Assembly (NCBI GenBank): GCA_030390025.1
Contig: CM059433.1
Coordinates: forward strand, 9,984,001-10,048,000
Origin: Squalus acanthias
Lineage: Eukaryota
Length of the DNA: 64,000 nucleotides
Direction: 5' to 3'
The translations under genes and the position numbers were made by a program. This document shows positions 11,930-23,059 of the stretch, piece after piece. Below the pieces are notes generated by a model. That model was not told the origin of the DNA. It was given only the letters and a program-made list of their open reading frames with translations, and ran no database searches. Within the stretch, counting starts at the first letter, position 1. Every line of letters starts with the position of its first letter.

Positions 11930-12670
11930 AATGGCAGAGGAAAAGTGCCTCCACAGGTTCAGCAGAGAGGCTTCAAGGAGACCTGCAGATAAGCCCCATC
12001 TCAGGAACGGTGCCTCCAGAGCAGTCAAGATGACCGTGGCTTTCATCTTTGTGCCTCCAGCTCCTTTTAAGTTAACACAGAGGATATCTGCAGTGTCGGC
12101 CAATCTGCTGTTCATAGATGCACTGGGTGGAATGGCCACCTGCTGGCCCACTGAACAGCAATGTGATAGGCCTGCCCAATTTCCAAAGTACAGGGGTTCA
12201 TTGGGGACACCCCTTTTGCTATCTGGGTCCCTAGGTACAATGCAACGGTTGATATGAACACAAAGGCCTTGTACCTCATCACTATGTAGGTGGTGAGTGG
12301 CCAGTAACATTGTCATGCAGGTCAATGCCTGCTTCCCAGGCGGCAGTCACAATGCTTTCATTCTAAGACATTCACTTGTGCCAGCCTCTTGTGAAGGTGA
12401 AGGCAAACTGGAAGGAAGACTGCTCGGAGACCAAGGCTGCCCTTTTCAAATATAGCTAACAACACCCTTGTGATAGAAATGATCAGAAGCTGTATGCAAA
12501 TACAACGAGGACCATGCAGCGAAAAGGATCACTATAGAGCATACTATTGTCATCCTGAAGCAGAAATTCAGACATCACGACAGATCAGAGGGTGGCCTCC
12601 AGTACAGCTCTACCTGATTCTCCAAGATCATTGTAATCTGTGTACAAACTCCAAACCTGTACAATACAAA
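11930..12670 (+). pseudogene. Harbinger DDE transposase (HARBI1-like) relic
   Basis: Manual translation from about 12315: QVNACFPGGSHNAFILRHS…GRLLGDQGCPFQI*LTTPL…KYNEDHAAKRITIEHTIVILKQKFRHHDRSEGGLQYS, matching the Harbinger motifs PGSxHD, LLGDxGY and YNxxH…IE…LKxRF…GGxLQYS; multiple stops. Confidence 0.9.
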
Positions 12671-12816
12671 AAAAGATCGAGCCACAGAAGAGGAAGAAGC
12701 CAACCCACAATCAAGGGCAGAGCAGGATAGAGACACTCAACCCCAAGAGGACGTTGCTGCATCCAGGAAGATTGGTATGCCATCAGCTCATCCAAGAAAC
12801 ATCTGGTCCAGTGGTT

Positions 12817-13347
12817 ATAAGAACATAAGAAATAGGAGCAGGAGTAGGCCATTTGGCCCTTCGAGCCTGCTCTGCCATTCAATAAGATCATGGCTGATCT
12901 TCTACCTCAACTCTTCCTGCACGATCCCCATATCCCTTGATTCCCTTAATATTCAAAAATCTATCGATCTCTGTCTTGAATATACTCAATGACTGAGCCT
13001 CCACAGCCCTCTGGGGTAGAGAATTCCAAAGATTCACCACCCTCTGAGTGTAAAATATTCTCCTCATCTCAGTCCTAAATGGCCGACCCCTTATTCTGAG
13101 ACTGTGACCCCTGGTTCTAGACTCCCCAGCCAGGGGGAACATCCTCCCTGCATCTACCCTGTCAAGCCTGTAAGAATTTTGTATGTTTCAATGAGATCAC
13201 CTCTCATTCTTCTAAATTCTAGAGAATATAGGCCTAGTCTACTCAATCTCTCCTCATAGGACAATTCCCCCATCCCAGGAATCAGTCTGGTGAACCTTCG
13301 TTGCACTCCCTCTATAGCAAGTATATCCTTCCTTAGGTAAAGAGACC
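12817..13347 (-). mobile_element. CR1 3' fragment
   Basis: YLRKDILAIEGVQRRFTRLIPG…RGDLIETYKIL; (TATGTTCT)n tail. Confidence 0.9.
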
Positions 13348-14699
13348 TCATGTTGTGTTACCTCATTAAGTAACCCTCCTGCCACCAGGAACATGGATCC
13401 AGCCACCTTCTGCAACACTGCTCTCTGCCTTTCCACAGCTCCCATCAATGGCCTTCCTTTATTGTGCTGCTACCTTATTCCCCCACAATCAAAAAGGAAC
13501 TTTTCACACAAAGTTAAAACATAGTGCAACCAATTTATTCACCTACTTTGTGCAATGTGTCAGTGCCATTAATGTCTTTTATCCCACAGCGTTTCCTCTG
13601 AGTGGTACTGTCTTGTGCGTGACTTCTAACGTGCGACTTCTTCTAAGTGATTTCCCAGTGGAGGGTGGAAGTGTGAATTCGAGACGCTGGGTTCTAGCGG
13701 GAGCCATTTGCGATTCCGGTGGTGTCTCCCTGCTCTAGTTCGTGAGATTGCCCATTGTTGGCTGGTCCTGCCTGCTTCCTGGCACATTGACTGTCACTGG
13801 ATGGGTCAGACATGACGTTGCCCAGTGAGACAGCATCTGCATCTGCGTGAGTCTGGTAGTGTGTGGTCGAGAAACCTCAGGGTGCAGGAATTTGGTAGCT
13901 CTTCCGTTGTGTCGCAGTCAAGGATGAAGCCATTTAAAAGGCCCTGGAGCCCTTAAATGTGTTGGCTATGAAACTCGAGCAAGTGTGCCAGCAAGGCAAC
14001 CCACTGTGTGGGTGGGAGCTTGTAATGAACAGGCAAAATATGCAAACCCTGCATATCAGGAAAAAACTCCCAAGGAAGTGAGATAGCGGGAACACTCACA
14101 ACACACCGATTATCCTTGTTTTGGCCGAGAACTGGAATTTCCAGGCTTAAATTTTAAGTGGGAACAAACTTTCCAATTCACATACATTTTTACAATATCA
14201 TCCTAATTTTAATGTTCTCACTCTCAGGCTTACAGTAACTTTCTCATCATACAATAATTCACAGTTATTGGAAAATCAAGCATAAAATACAGAATAGTAC
14301 AATACTTTCCCTTGTAGAAACTGCTTATTTATCATACATTTTTAACTTTTACTTAAAAAATGACTGGAAATCTGGACAGGAGGATTGTTCAATTTGCTTT
14401 GCATTCCTCACACTTCATGGCGGTTTAAGCGTCTCAGATACGTTCACCACATTCACGATATTTTCCACGCTGTGCTTTTTCATACTTGCCGAAAACTTTG
14501 TCTCCCAGCATTAGCCGGAGGCAATTCCCACACAAACGCTACCTCACATGACTTTCTTCCTGCGGTTTGCGTGGAGGTGAAACGGCCCCTACCAGCCCTC
14601 TCTGGATGCAACCATGAGAAAGTCATTCTCAGCACACACAGAAAGGTGGAAGAGGAAAATGCAGACTTCCCCCCACACCCCCCCCTTCACAGTTAGTTT

Positions 14700-15040
14700 T
14701 CATGAAATTTCAGAGGGGTAAGTATTTTATCAATAACACCTGATAGCTGCATTCTATCATATTTACATGAGCTCTTAAAGGGAGATCTGGAGAGTGATGC
14801 AGCCAGAAGCTGTGCTGCACCTGTGCCTTTCAAGGTCAATGCTACTCTCACTTTTCGAACCCTAACAGCATCTCCGACATCAGCCAGTCGTTCATTGTCA
14901 TATCACTGAATCAAATAACAGCTGCACTGACCAAAAGTAGGCCAATGTATCTATTTCCCCAGAAGCAAGCCCAGAATGACTTTCATAAATTGCCATCTTT
15001 ACAGATGTTCTGGTTGCAAATAACTGTGTGCGTGACTGCA
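14700..15040 (+). pseudogene. Second Harbinger transposase relic (N-terminal HTH region)
   Basis: Frameshifted translation YLHELLKGDLESDAARSCAAPVPFKVNATLTF / DISQSFIVISLNQITAALTKSRPMYLFP / QNDFHK…FTDVLVANNCV parallels the HARBI1 N-terminal half as recalled. Confidence 0.7.
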
Positions 15041-15599
15041 TGCTCCTTCAGCACATTAATTTCAGTACCGTAACTTGAAGTGAACGATGATGATGAATAT
15101 CCCAGTGAACTGCAACACAATGCCCGTCAAGAAGATTTGTAACGTGGGACAAAATTGGAGACGTGGAGGTGGAATTGTGGGACCATTTTACTTTCTTTTC
15201 GTGATGCCTTCCTTGAATAGCTGACTGGTTCTTTTTCTTCTCTGAGGTAGTAGATATGGCTTAATGACTCCTCCCCAAATTGCAGCAAAGCACTGAAGTA
15301 ATGAAGCACAATGTTGCACTCCATCTGTGTTAAAGAGCATCTTTGACACTCTGATTATGTGTTTCAGATATCTGTTCCTTTACGCCGAGTTGTATCCACC
15401 TCCTCACGACATTCTTCTGGAGTACAAGTCCTTGGGCACTGATCGCTCTCTGGTTCCTTGCACAAACGGCATAAACCAGCAAGTTTCAGCAGACTATTTG
15501 TGCACATGGGACAGCAGAGCCAAGATTGGTCCTATATAAATGTACACTTCCAGTAGAGGTTGCTAGCTAGTGATCAGGAGTTGAATCCTCTACCACCTT

Positions 15600-16010
15600 A
15601 AACATTCTCTCCCTCCACCACCGGCGCACCGTGGCTGCAGTGTGTACCATCTACAAGATGCACTGCAGCAACTCGCCAAGGCTCCTTCGGCAGCACTTCC
15701 CAAACCCGCGACCTCTTCCACCTAGAAGGACAAGGGCAGCAGGCGCATGGGAACACCACCACCTCCAAGTTCCTCTCCAAGTCACACACCATCCTGACTT
15801 GCAAGTATATCGGTCGATCCTTCATCGTCACTGGGTGAAAATCCTGGAACTCCCTCCCTAACAGCACTGTGGGAGTACCTTCACCACACGGACTGCAGCG
15901 GTTCAAGAAGGCGGCTCACCACCACCTTCTCAAGGGCAATTAGTGATGGGCAATAAATGCTGGCTTTGCCAGCGATGCCTACATCTCATAAAAACAAATT
16001 TTAAAAAATG
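15600..16010 (+). mobile_element. CR1/Jockey-group LINE ('family B') 3' fragment
   Basis: Homologous to 3175-3578. Confidence 0.9.
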
Positions 16011-16255
16011 TTTAAAAAATTTCTCTCTTTTAGCATAGGAGCAGTGAAGCCAATGTAATGTCCCAGCTGAGATCAGCTAACTCAGCACCAACTGAACATG
16101 AATCTCCTCACCTTCCTGTTCTATAAGACTCAGCTCCTTCCTGCCTTAATTAGTTGACCCATCATGTCTCTACTTTCCATGCAGTTGTTTAAAATTCATC
16201 GAGAGAAAGTCTTCCCAAAGTTCCTGAAGTAAAATTCTCCAAAACATTGATTTAA

Positions 16256-16835
16256 GTGCCAACTTGGCTCAATGGTTGCACTCTTACATAGAAACATAGA
16301 AACATAGAATCTAGGAGCAGGAGTAGGCCATTCGGCCCGTCGAGCCTGCTCCACCATTCAATACGATCATGGCTGATCATCCAAATCCATTACCCTGTCC
16401 CTGCTTTAATCCCCACAGTACACATATCCCACCCTACCCCCGTAACCCCACGTATTTAATTCCCCCTAACATATCCCATCCTATCCCCATATTTAATCCC
16501 CCCCTAACACTAAGGGTCAATTTATCATAGCCAAATCAACCTAACCCGCACATTTTTGGACTGTGGGAGGAAACCGGAGCACCCGGAGGAAACCCACGCA
16601 GACACGGGGAGAATGTGCAAACTCCACACAGACAGTCACCCGAGGTCAGATTCGAACCCGGGTCTCTGGCGCTATGAGGCACCAGTGCTAACCACTATGC
16701 CACCTTTTAGTCAGAAGGCCATAGGTTTACGTCCCATTCCTGGAGTTGAGCACATAATCTAGGCTGATGCTTCAGCGCAGTACTGAGGAAGTGCTGTATT
16801 GTCAGAGATGCCATCTTTTGGATGAGCAATGAAAA
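16256..16835 (+). mobile_element. Old Deu-domain SINE 5' part, split by an HE1 insertion
   Basis: 16256-16286 plus 16706-16835 together align with 38782-38950. Confidence 0.7.
16287..16705 (-). mobile_element. HE1-type V-SINE, full length
   Basis: tRNA-like head (ggtggcatagtggttagcac…ggttcgaatc), V-domain (gtggagtttgcacattctccccgtgtctgcgtgggtttcctccgggtgctccggtttcctccc), central short repeats, and a 3' tail shared with the young CR1. Confidence 0.9.
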
Positions 16836-17479
16836 TCGGGAAAATCTATCTATCTCAGCCTTGAATATACTCAATGACTCAGCATCCACAGCCCTCTGGG
16901 ATAGAGAATTCCAAAGATTCACAATCCTCTGAGAGAAGAAATTCCTCCTCATCTCCACAATTGTTTTGTGGACCCAGAGGGAGCACGCCTGCTCCTTCCG
17001 ATACCACAACTTTTTGGGGCCTTTTTTCAGCGGCCTCCAGCGGCCCCTTGAAGGACCGTTCGTTAAGCTGTTCTTCACCCAGAAGAACTATACAGAGCTT
17101 GCGTGGTGAACGCTCTGCCTAGATGCTGTCCAATGTCACATCTGGGTCCTAGAACCAGCGTAGGACCCTGATTTAATTAACCAAATCAACTTGCTGCCTG
17201 TTTCAGGTGGCTGCAATGGGCGACTAAAAATCGCTTGATTCAATTTTGCCTGAGGCGCACATTTGGTTAATCGGGAATGGGAGATCACACCCTTGGACCC
17301 CCGTTTCTCCAATTCTATGCCTGAAAAATGGGCGCAACAATGTCCAATTTCTCCCCCATTGTGTCCAATCTTCAGCTTCAAAAGTTGTACATTAAGTGTT
17401 GGGTAATGTTCGAAATTATATTGCCAAATAATAAAAATTGACACAACCAATATAAGATATATTTATATTTTTCTCTATC

Positions 17480-18060
17480 TCCCCTGGTGGCTCAGTCAAC
17501 ACATGCACCATCTACTGTGCCATGCAGACCAAAAAGATTCCGGTTCGGTCCCTGATGTGCGCCGAGTTAGCCAATCACTGCCAGGGTGGTAGTGAGGGTG
17601 TATAGTTGGCCTCACTGTTCCCTGGCAAGGAAATAGGGGAAAAAAGCACTAGGCCTGGGTCCCCACTCCTGAGTGCTGTCTAATGATTGCAGCCACCAAG
17701 TACATGTGTATGGAAATTGTACGGGCAAGGCCAGAATTAGGCTGTGCTGTGATGTTCTCCATCGTCAGTTGACCTGCTGGTACTCACGGTGATTTTCCGA
17801 GTTCACATTCCCAGCCGGGAGTCTTTGCTGCCTATTGGAAATTCAAGCACGTACTGCTGACGATTTTCTGACATTGTGCACTGATTTCTAGTTGTGTGCA
17901 GCCCTTGGGCAAGGCCTCCTGCTGGGAACCCAAATGCAGACAATGAGCCCCCTTGGCTCATATATGAAGACTATCCACTTGGGTGAGGCGATGCAGAGTG
18001 CCACCACCCGAGGAACTGGATGGAGCCTTTAGGGCAGGAGGAGTAGAAGATAAAATTGGA
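17480..18060 (+). mobile_element. Ancient tRNA-derived SINE (AmnSINE2-like) with small internal insertion (17788-17952)
   Basis: Head ccctggtggctcagt…gccgagttagcc…ttggcctca; related copies at 41110-41300, 44270-44552, 58100-58210 and 63200-63447. Family name from recall. Confidence 0.55.
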
Positions 18061-18814
18061 TTGAACTCTAAGGAGGGAAAAGCCATATGTTTAAGATACC
18101 GCTTTTGTTTATAAAAACTTCAGGAAGATATTACTTACTGCCTAAATAAGGGAAAATGGAAGCCAGATAAAAAGTGAAATAGGAATGCTCCCGAATTGGA
18201 TAGGTCTTTCAAAGAGCCACGGCCGGCATGATGGACCAAATGGCCTCCTCCTGTGCTTTAAGGTTCTATTATTGCTTCCACCCTTTCCAGAAAAAAAAAC
18301 TATTTCATGAATAAATTGTGGCTGCATCCCCACAGACAGGGAGGGGCAATCTGAGGGCGAGTCACTGATGTTTTGCTCTCTTCTGTCTCTCTGGAATCCA
18401 TTAAAGGTTGGAACCGACTGAGGCCCTGTCATCAAGCTGTGATATAATAACTGGAATGGGCGGATGCCTAAAAGAAAGAAGGGATGAAAAGGGATTGCGT
18501 ACCAAAAGATAGGCACACCTTAAGGGTCCCTATTTTGGTTTTTTTTGAGGACCCTTCTCAGTTGCCGATGACACTAACTGATTCAGGATAGAGGTGGATT
18601 TTCTTCACAAAACACCAACTAGAACAACATCAAATCTTGTCAGATTTTTCCCAAATTTGCCCAGTTTCAAATTGTTAGGATTCATACGACATACATAGCC
18701 CAGTCTACAACTAACTAAGTTAACAAATTAAATACATACATTCAAACATTTTTAAGATAAGCTGTAAGTTCTGAATGTGTTTATTCTCAAACCAATGAAT
18801 GTTTGCAGATTGCA

Positions 18815-20610
18815 AAGACACTTGACTCTTTTGAGGAAGTGATGTCCCATGTAACTGTGAAAACCATTATGAAATGGTTTACCTAGACAACTGACAAAAG
18901 ATCTACATGAAAGGATATGAGTTAAGTTCAAATCTGTGGAGGTTCAGGGCAGATCTTGGGAATGGATAAGAAGTTGGCTGACAACTGTTGGAGGAGTTCA
19001 TTCCAGCTGGGAGGAAGTGTTAAATGGCGTGGCTCGGTGCTGGGTTTTGGAAACGCTGCTACTCTTTCTAATTTACGTCAGTGACTTGGATTGAGAAGCT
19101 CATTGCAAATTGGTCAAATTTGCAGATGACGCCAAACTAGGAGGGGTGGGAGTACCAATGGAGGCAGCTCAGAAATTACAGAATGAGCTGGACAAAATAT
19201 CTAAGTGGGCAGAAGAATGGCAGATGAAATTTAATGTGGACAAGTTTAAAGTACTGCACATAGGAAGGGAAAACGGATGACACAGACCTCACTAACATGT
19301 CGCTGCTTGACTTTCCGCCCGAAATGGGAGCGACGTTGGTAGGAAGCACCGTAAAGTCAGGCGGACCAGGGGCTACCCGCCTGGCCCAAGGTAGTGTGGG
19401 GATGGAAGGGGGGTGGGGGAATGACTAGGGTTTTTGGGCCGGTCAGTGGTTTGCAAGCGGGGAGAGTCTAGGGGCAAGGGAAGCCTACACTTCCCTGCGG
19501 GGCCCAGAGGGGCACTCCTGGTTATTTCGCCCATTCTATTTTAACTTCCCGCCACTTACTTTCTGCCATCAGACCCCGTCAGGAATATTTACGTTGAGTT
19601 TTGGGCACCAAAGCACAGGAAAGACAGAAAAGGCAAAACACTGTGGATGCTGGAAATGTGAAATATAAACAGAAAATGCTGGAGATACTCAGCAAATCAG
19701 ACAGGATCTGTGGAGGAAAGATATATTGGCCTCGGAGGGGGTTGCAACGTAGATTCACCAGAATGATGCCAGGGCTTAAAGGGTTAAATTATGAGGGCGG
19801 GTTGCAAAAACTTGATTTGTATTCCCTTGAGTTTTAGAAGGTTGAGGGATGATCAAATCAAGGTATATAAAATGATTAAGGGATTCCATAGGGTAGATAC
19901 AGAGAAATGATTTAATCTGGTGGGGAAATCCAGAACAGAATCTTAAAATTAGGGCTAGGCCATTCAGGAGTGAAGTCAGGAAGCAGTTCTTCACACAAAG
20001 GGTAGTGGAAACCTGGAACTCTCTCCCCCCAAAAGGCTGTGGATGCTGGGTCAATTGAAATGTTAAAGACTGAGATCGGTAGGTTTTTGTTAGGTAAGGG
20101 TATCAAGGGATATGGAGCAAAGGGAGGTAAATGTTGAAATACAGATCAGCCATGAGCTAATTGAATGATGGAAGAGGCTCGAGGGGCTGAATGGCCGACT
20201 CCTGTTCCTATGTTAAAATTCCTAGCATAGTGTCAGAGTTCTGAATTGCGAGAAAAGACTGAATTAGGTTTTCAGCCTCAAAAAGTGGTCTAAGAGGTGA
20301 TATTATATAAGATTGTAAATGGTATAGAAAAGAAAGATCTGGAAAATTAAATTAAATTTTAAGAGTAAGACTAGGGAATGTGGGTTTAAACTAGTAAAAG
20401 GCAAATTCAGGACTAATATCAGGAGATTCATCTTCACACAAAGAGTGTGCACTTTTGAATGGACTCCCAGATAGAGTATTGGAGGTGGAAACCTAGAATA
20501 ATTTAAGAAATAATTAGATGCTGCAGTGGGGGGACTTTAGAGTCTTTCTGGGTGGATGAACTAAGATGGGCTGAATGGCCTTCCTTATGTATAATTATCT
20601 TGTGATTAGA
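18815..20610 (+). mobile_element. Old, highly decayed CR1 (RT at 18815-19280; 3' end at 20215-20610), with later insertions
   Basis: ttggtcaaatttgcagatgacgccaaactagga (LVKFADDAKLG), gaatggcagatgaaatttaatgtggac (WQMKFNVD); tail gatgggctgaatggcc. Confidence 0.8.
19720..20213 (+). mobile_element. CR1 3' fragment
   Basis: QRRFTRMMPGLKGLNYE…; tail ggggctgaatggccgactcctgttcctatg. Confidence 0.85.
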
Positions 20611-20886
20611 TAGTATTAACAGCACAGATACAGGCCATTCAGCCCAACAGGTCCATGCCGATGTTTATGCTCCACACCAGCCTCCTCCCAACCTCCTTCA
20701 TCAAACGTCATCAACATATCCTTCTATTCCTTTCTCCCTCATGTGTTTATCCAGCTTCCCCTAAAATGCATCTATACTATTCGCCTCAACTACTCATTGT
20801 GGTAGCGAGTGCCACATTCTCACCACTCTCTGGGTAACAAGGTTTCTCTTGAATTCCCTATTGGATTTACAGAGTGAGTGCTGCCA

Positions 20887-21271
20887 CCGGCGTACCGTGT
20901 CTGCAGTGTGTACCATCTACAAGATGCACTGCAGCAACTCGCCAAGGCTTCTTCGGCAGCACCTCCCAAACTCGCGACCTCTTCCACCCAGAAGGACAAG
21001 GGCAGCAGGCGCATGGGAACACCACCACCTCCAAGTTCCCCTCCAAGTCACACACCATCCTGACTTGGATGTATATCGGCCGATCCTTCATCGTCGCTGG
21101 GTCAAAATCCTGGAACTCCCTGCCTAACAGCACTGTGGGAGCACCTTCACCACACGGACTGCAGCGATTCAAGAAGGCGGCTCACCGCCACCTTCTCAAG
21201 GGCAACTAGGGATGGGCAATAAATGCTGGCCTTGCCAGCGACGCCCACATCCCATAAACGAATAAAAAAAA
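20887..21271 (+). mobile_element. CR1/Jockey-group LINE ('family B') 3' fragment
   Basis: Homologous to 3195-3578; ends in aataaaaaaaa. Confidence 0.9.
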
Positions 21272-21371
21272 CGAACCGGAAGCTGCGTAGAAGCATTCTG
21301 CGCATAAATGTCAACTTTCATAACTTTAATTAATCTGATAGAAACACCAATTCAACATAAGCCGATAGAAA

Positions 21372-22432
21372 TAACAACAGAAAACGCTGGAAAAACTCAG
21401 CGGGCCAGGCAGCATCCGTGGAGAGAGAAAGAGAGTTAATGTTTCAGGTCGATGACCTTTCATCAGAACTGGGAAGAGCCGGAAATCAAATAGATTTAAG
21501 GCCAGGGTAAAGCTGGGAAAAGGGGGAGGGGATAAAGGAACAAAGGGGGAGATGAAGAGACATTAAGAGACATTAAGAGATATGCAAGGCTAGAGGTGGT
21601 GTTAATGTGACAGATTAAGGCTGAATGAAGTGTGAAATCCACTGGCAGAATGAAGGACAGCTGCCAGCTTCTAGGAGGAACAAAAAAGGTGGGGGGGGGA
21701 CAAATAAAAATAAAATATAAATGTGATTGGAGCTGAGGTTATGATCTAAAATTGTTGAACTCGATATTGAGTCCAGAGGGCTGTAGCGTGCCTAAACAAA
21801 AGATGAGGTGCTGTTCCTCGAGCTTACGCTGCGCTTCCGTGGAACAGTGTAATAGGCCGAGGACGGTGAGGTCAGAGTGGGAGTGAAGCGGTGAATTAAA
21901 GTGACAGGCCACCGGGAGCTCGGGGTCCCCCTTACGGACTGAACGGAGGTGTTCCGCAAAGCGGTCACCCAATCTGCGTTTGGTCTCCCCAATGTAGAGG
22001 AGTCCACATCGTGAGCAGCGAATACAGTATACTAAATTGCAGGAAGTACAAGTAAATCGCTGTTTCACCTGGAAGGGGTGTTTGGGGCCCTGGACAGTGG
22101 GAAGAGGGGAGGTATAAGGGCATGTGTTGCATCTCCTGCGCGTGCACGGGAAGGTGCCGGGCGAAGGGGAAGGGGTGCTGGGGGTGGTAGAGGAGTAGAC
22201 TAGGGTGTCGCGGAGGGAGCGGTCCCTACGGAATGCTGAAAGGGGAGGTGAGGGGAAGATGTGTTTGGTGGTGGGATCACGCTGGAGGTGGCGGAAATGG
22301 CGGAGGATGATCCGTTGAATGTGGAGGCTGGTGGGGTGAAAGGTGAGGACAAGGGGAACCCTATCGTGGTTCCGGGAGGGAGGGGCAGGGGTGAGGGCAG
22401 AAGTGCGGGAGATAGAACGGACACGGTCGAGG
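21372..22432 (-). mobile_element. Penelope-like element (family 1), 5'-truncated
   Basis: GIY-YIG ORF, terminal region with hammerhead motif (21434-21470), and 11-bp TSD gccgatagaaa (21361-21371, 22433-22443). Confidence 0.95.
21739..22432 (-). CDS. Penelope ORF C-terminus: Cys-rich linker + GIY-YIG endonuclease (partial)
   Basis: RVPLVLTFHP…PCTRRRCNTC…NLVYCIRCSRCGLLYIGETKRRLGDRFAEHLRSV…PVACHFN…RKLEEQHLIFCLGTLQPSGLN. Confidence 0.9.
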
Positions 22433-23059
22433 GCCGATAGAAACACCAATTCAAATTTTAATTTGAATTTTCTTTTCGGCTCAGTTCGGCAGCGCATAAA
22501 TGTTAACTTTCTCCCGTGGCTCAGTTCGGCGGCAGCCATCTCCTTTCCCCACCCCCCCCCCTCATCCTATTGTTGGTAAGATTTAACGTTAAACCATCAT
22601 CAGCCGGGTCTATTATTACTTAAATTTAAAGCTCGGTGGATGCTGACTGTTGACAAACTCCAGGAGCTTTCGCTTCTCAAGCCCACCAGCTGCACGTGAG
22701 GAACCCGGAGCCCAGCTCGGCCCCACCGTCAAATCACCACATCAGCGACCAGAAACCCGTTAGAAATTAGTGGAAACCGCGAGTGTCTTTACTTCTAATA
22801 ATTACAAAGATGATTTATTTCACGAACAAACCACATTATTGTATCAGAGTGACTGCTGCCAACGAAGTCCCGGCAAGAACAACCAAGAAACCATTGGAAC
22901 TACACAAGCGCAACAACTGTATTTCATTGGCAGCAGTCGCGTCCTTGGAGTTATTAGTGACTAGCTTATATTTATGGCCTCTAGTTTTGGTCTCCCCCAG
23001 GTGGAAACATCTTCTCTACATCTACCCTATCAAACCCTTTCATAATTTTAAAGACCTCT

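Larger units (their letters stand above)
7910..14147 (+). mobile_element. Decayed PIF/Harbinger DNA transposon, interrupted by two CR1 insertions
   Basis: TIRs agcctgggaatcctggtt (7910-7927) and reverse complement agcctggaaattccagtt (14130-14147), 14/18 match; TAA on both flanks (7907-7909, 14148-14150); internal HARBI1-like transposase relic. Confidence 0.7.

Noticed and set aside
22433..22539. N-terminal extension of the GIY-YIG ORF
   Set aside because: It lies beyond the TSD, so it is flanking sequence and not part of the Penelope protein.
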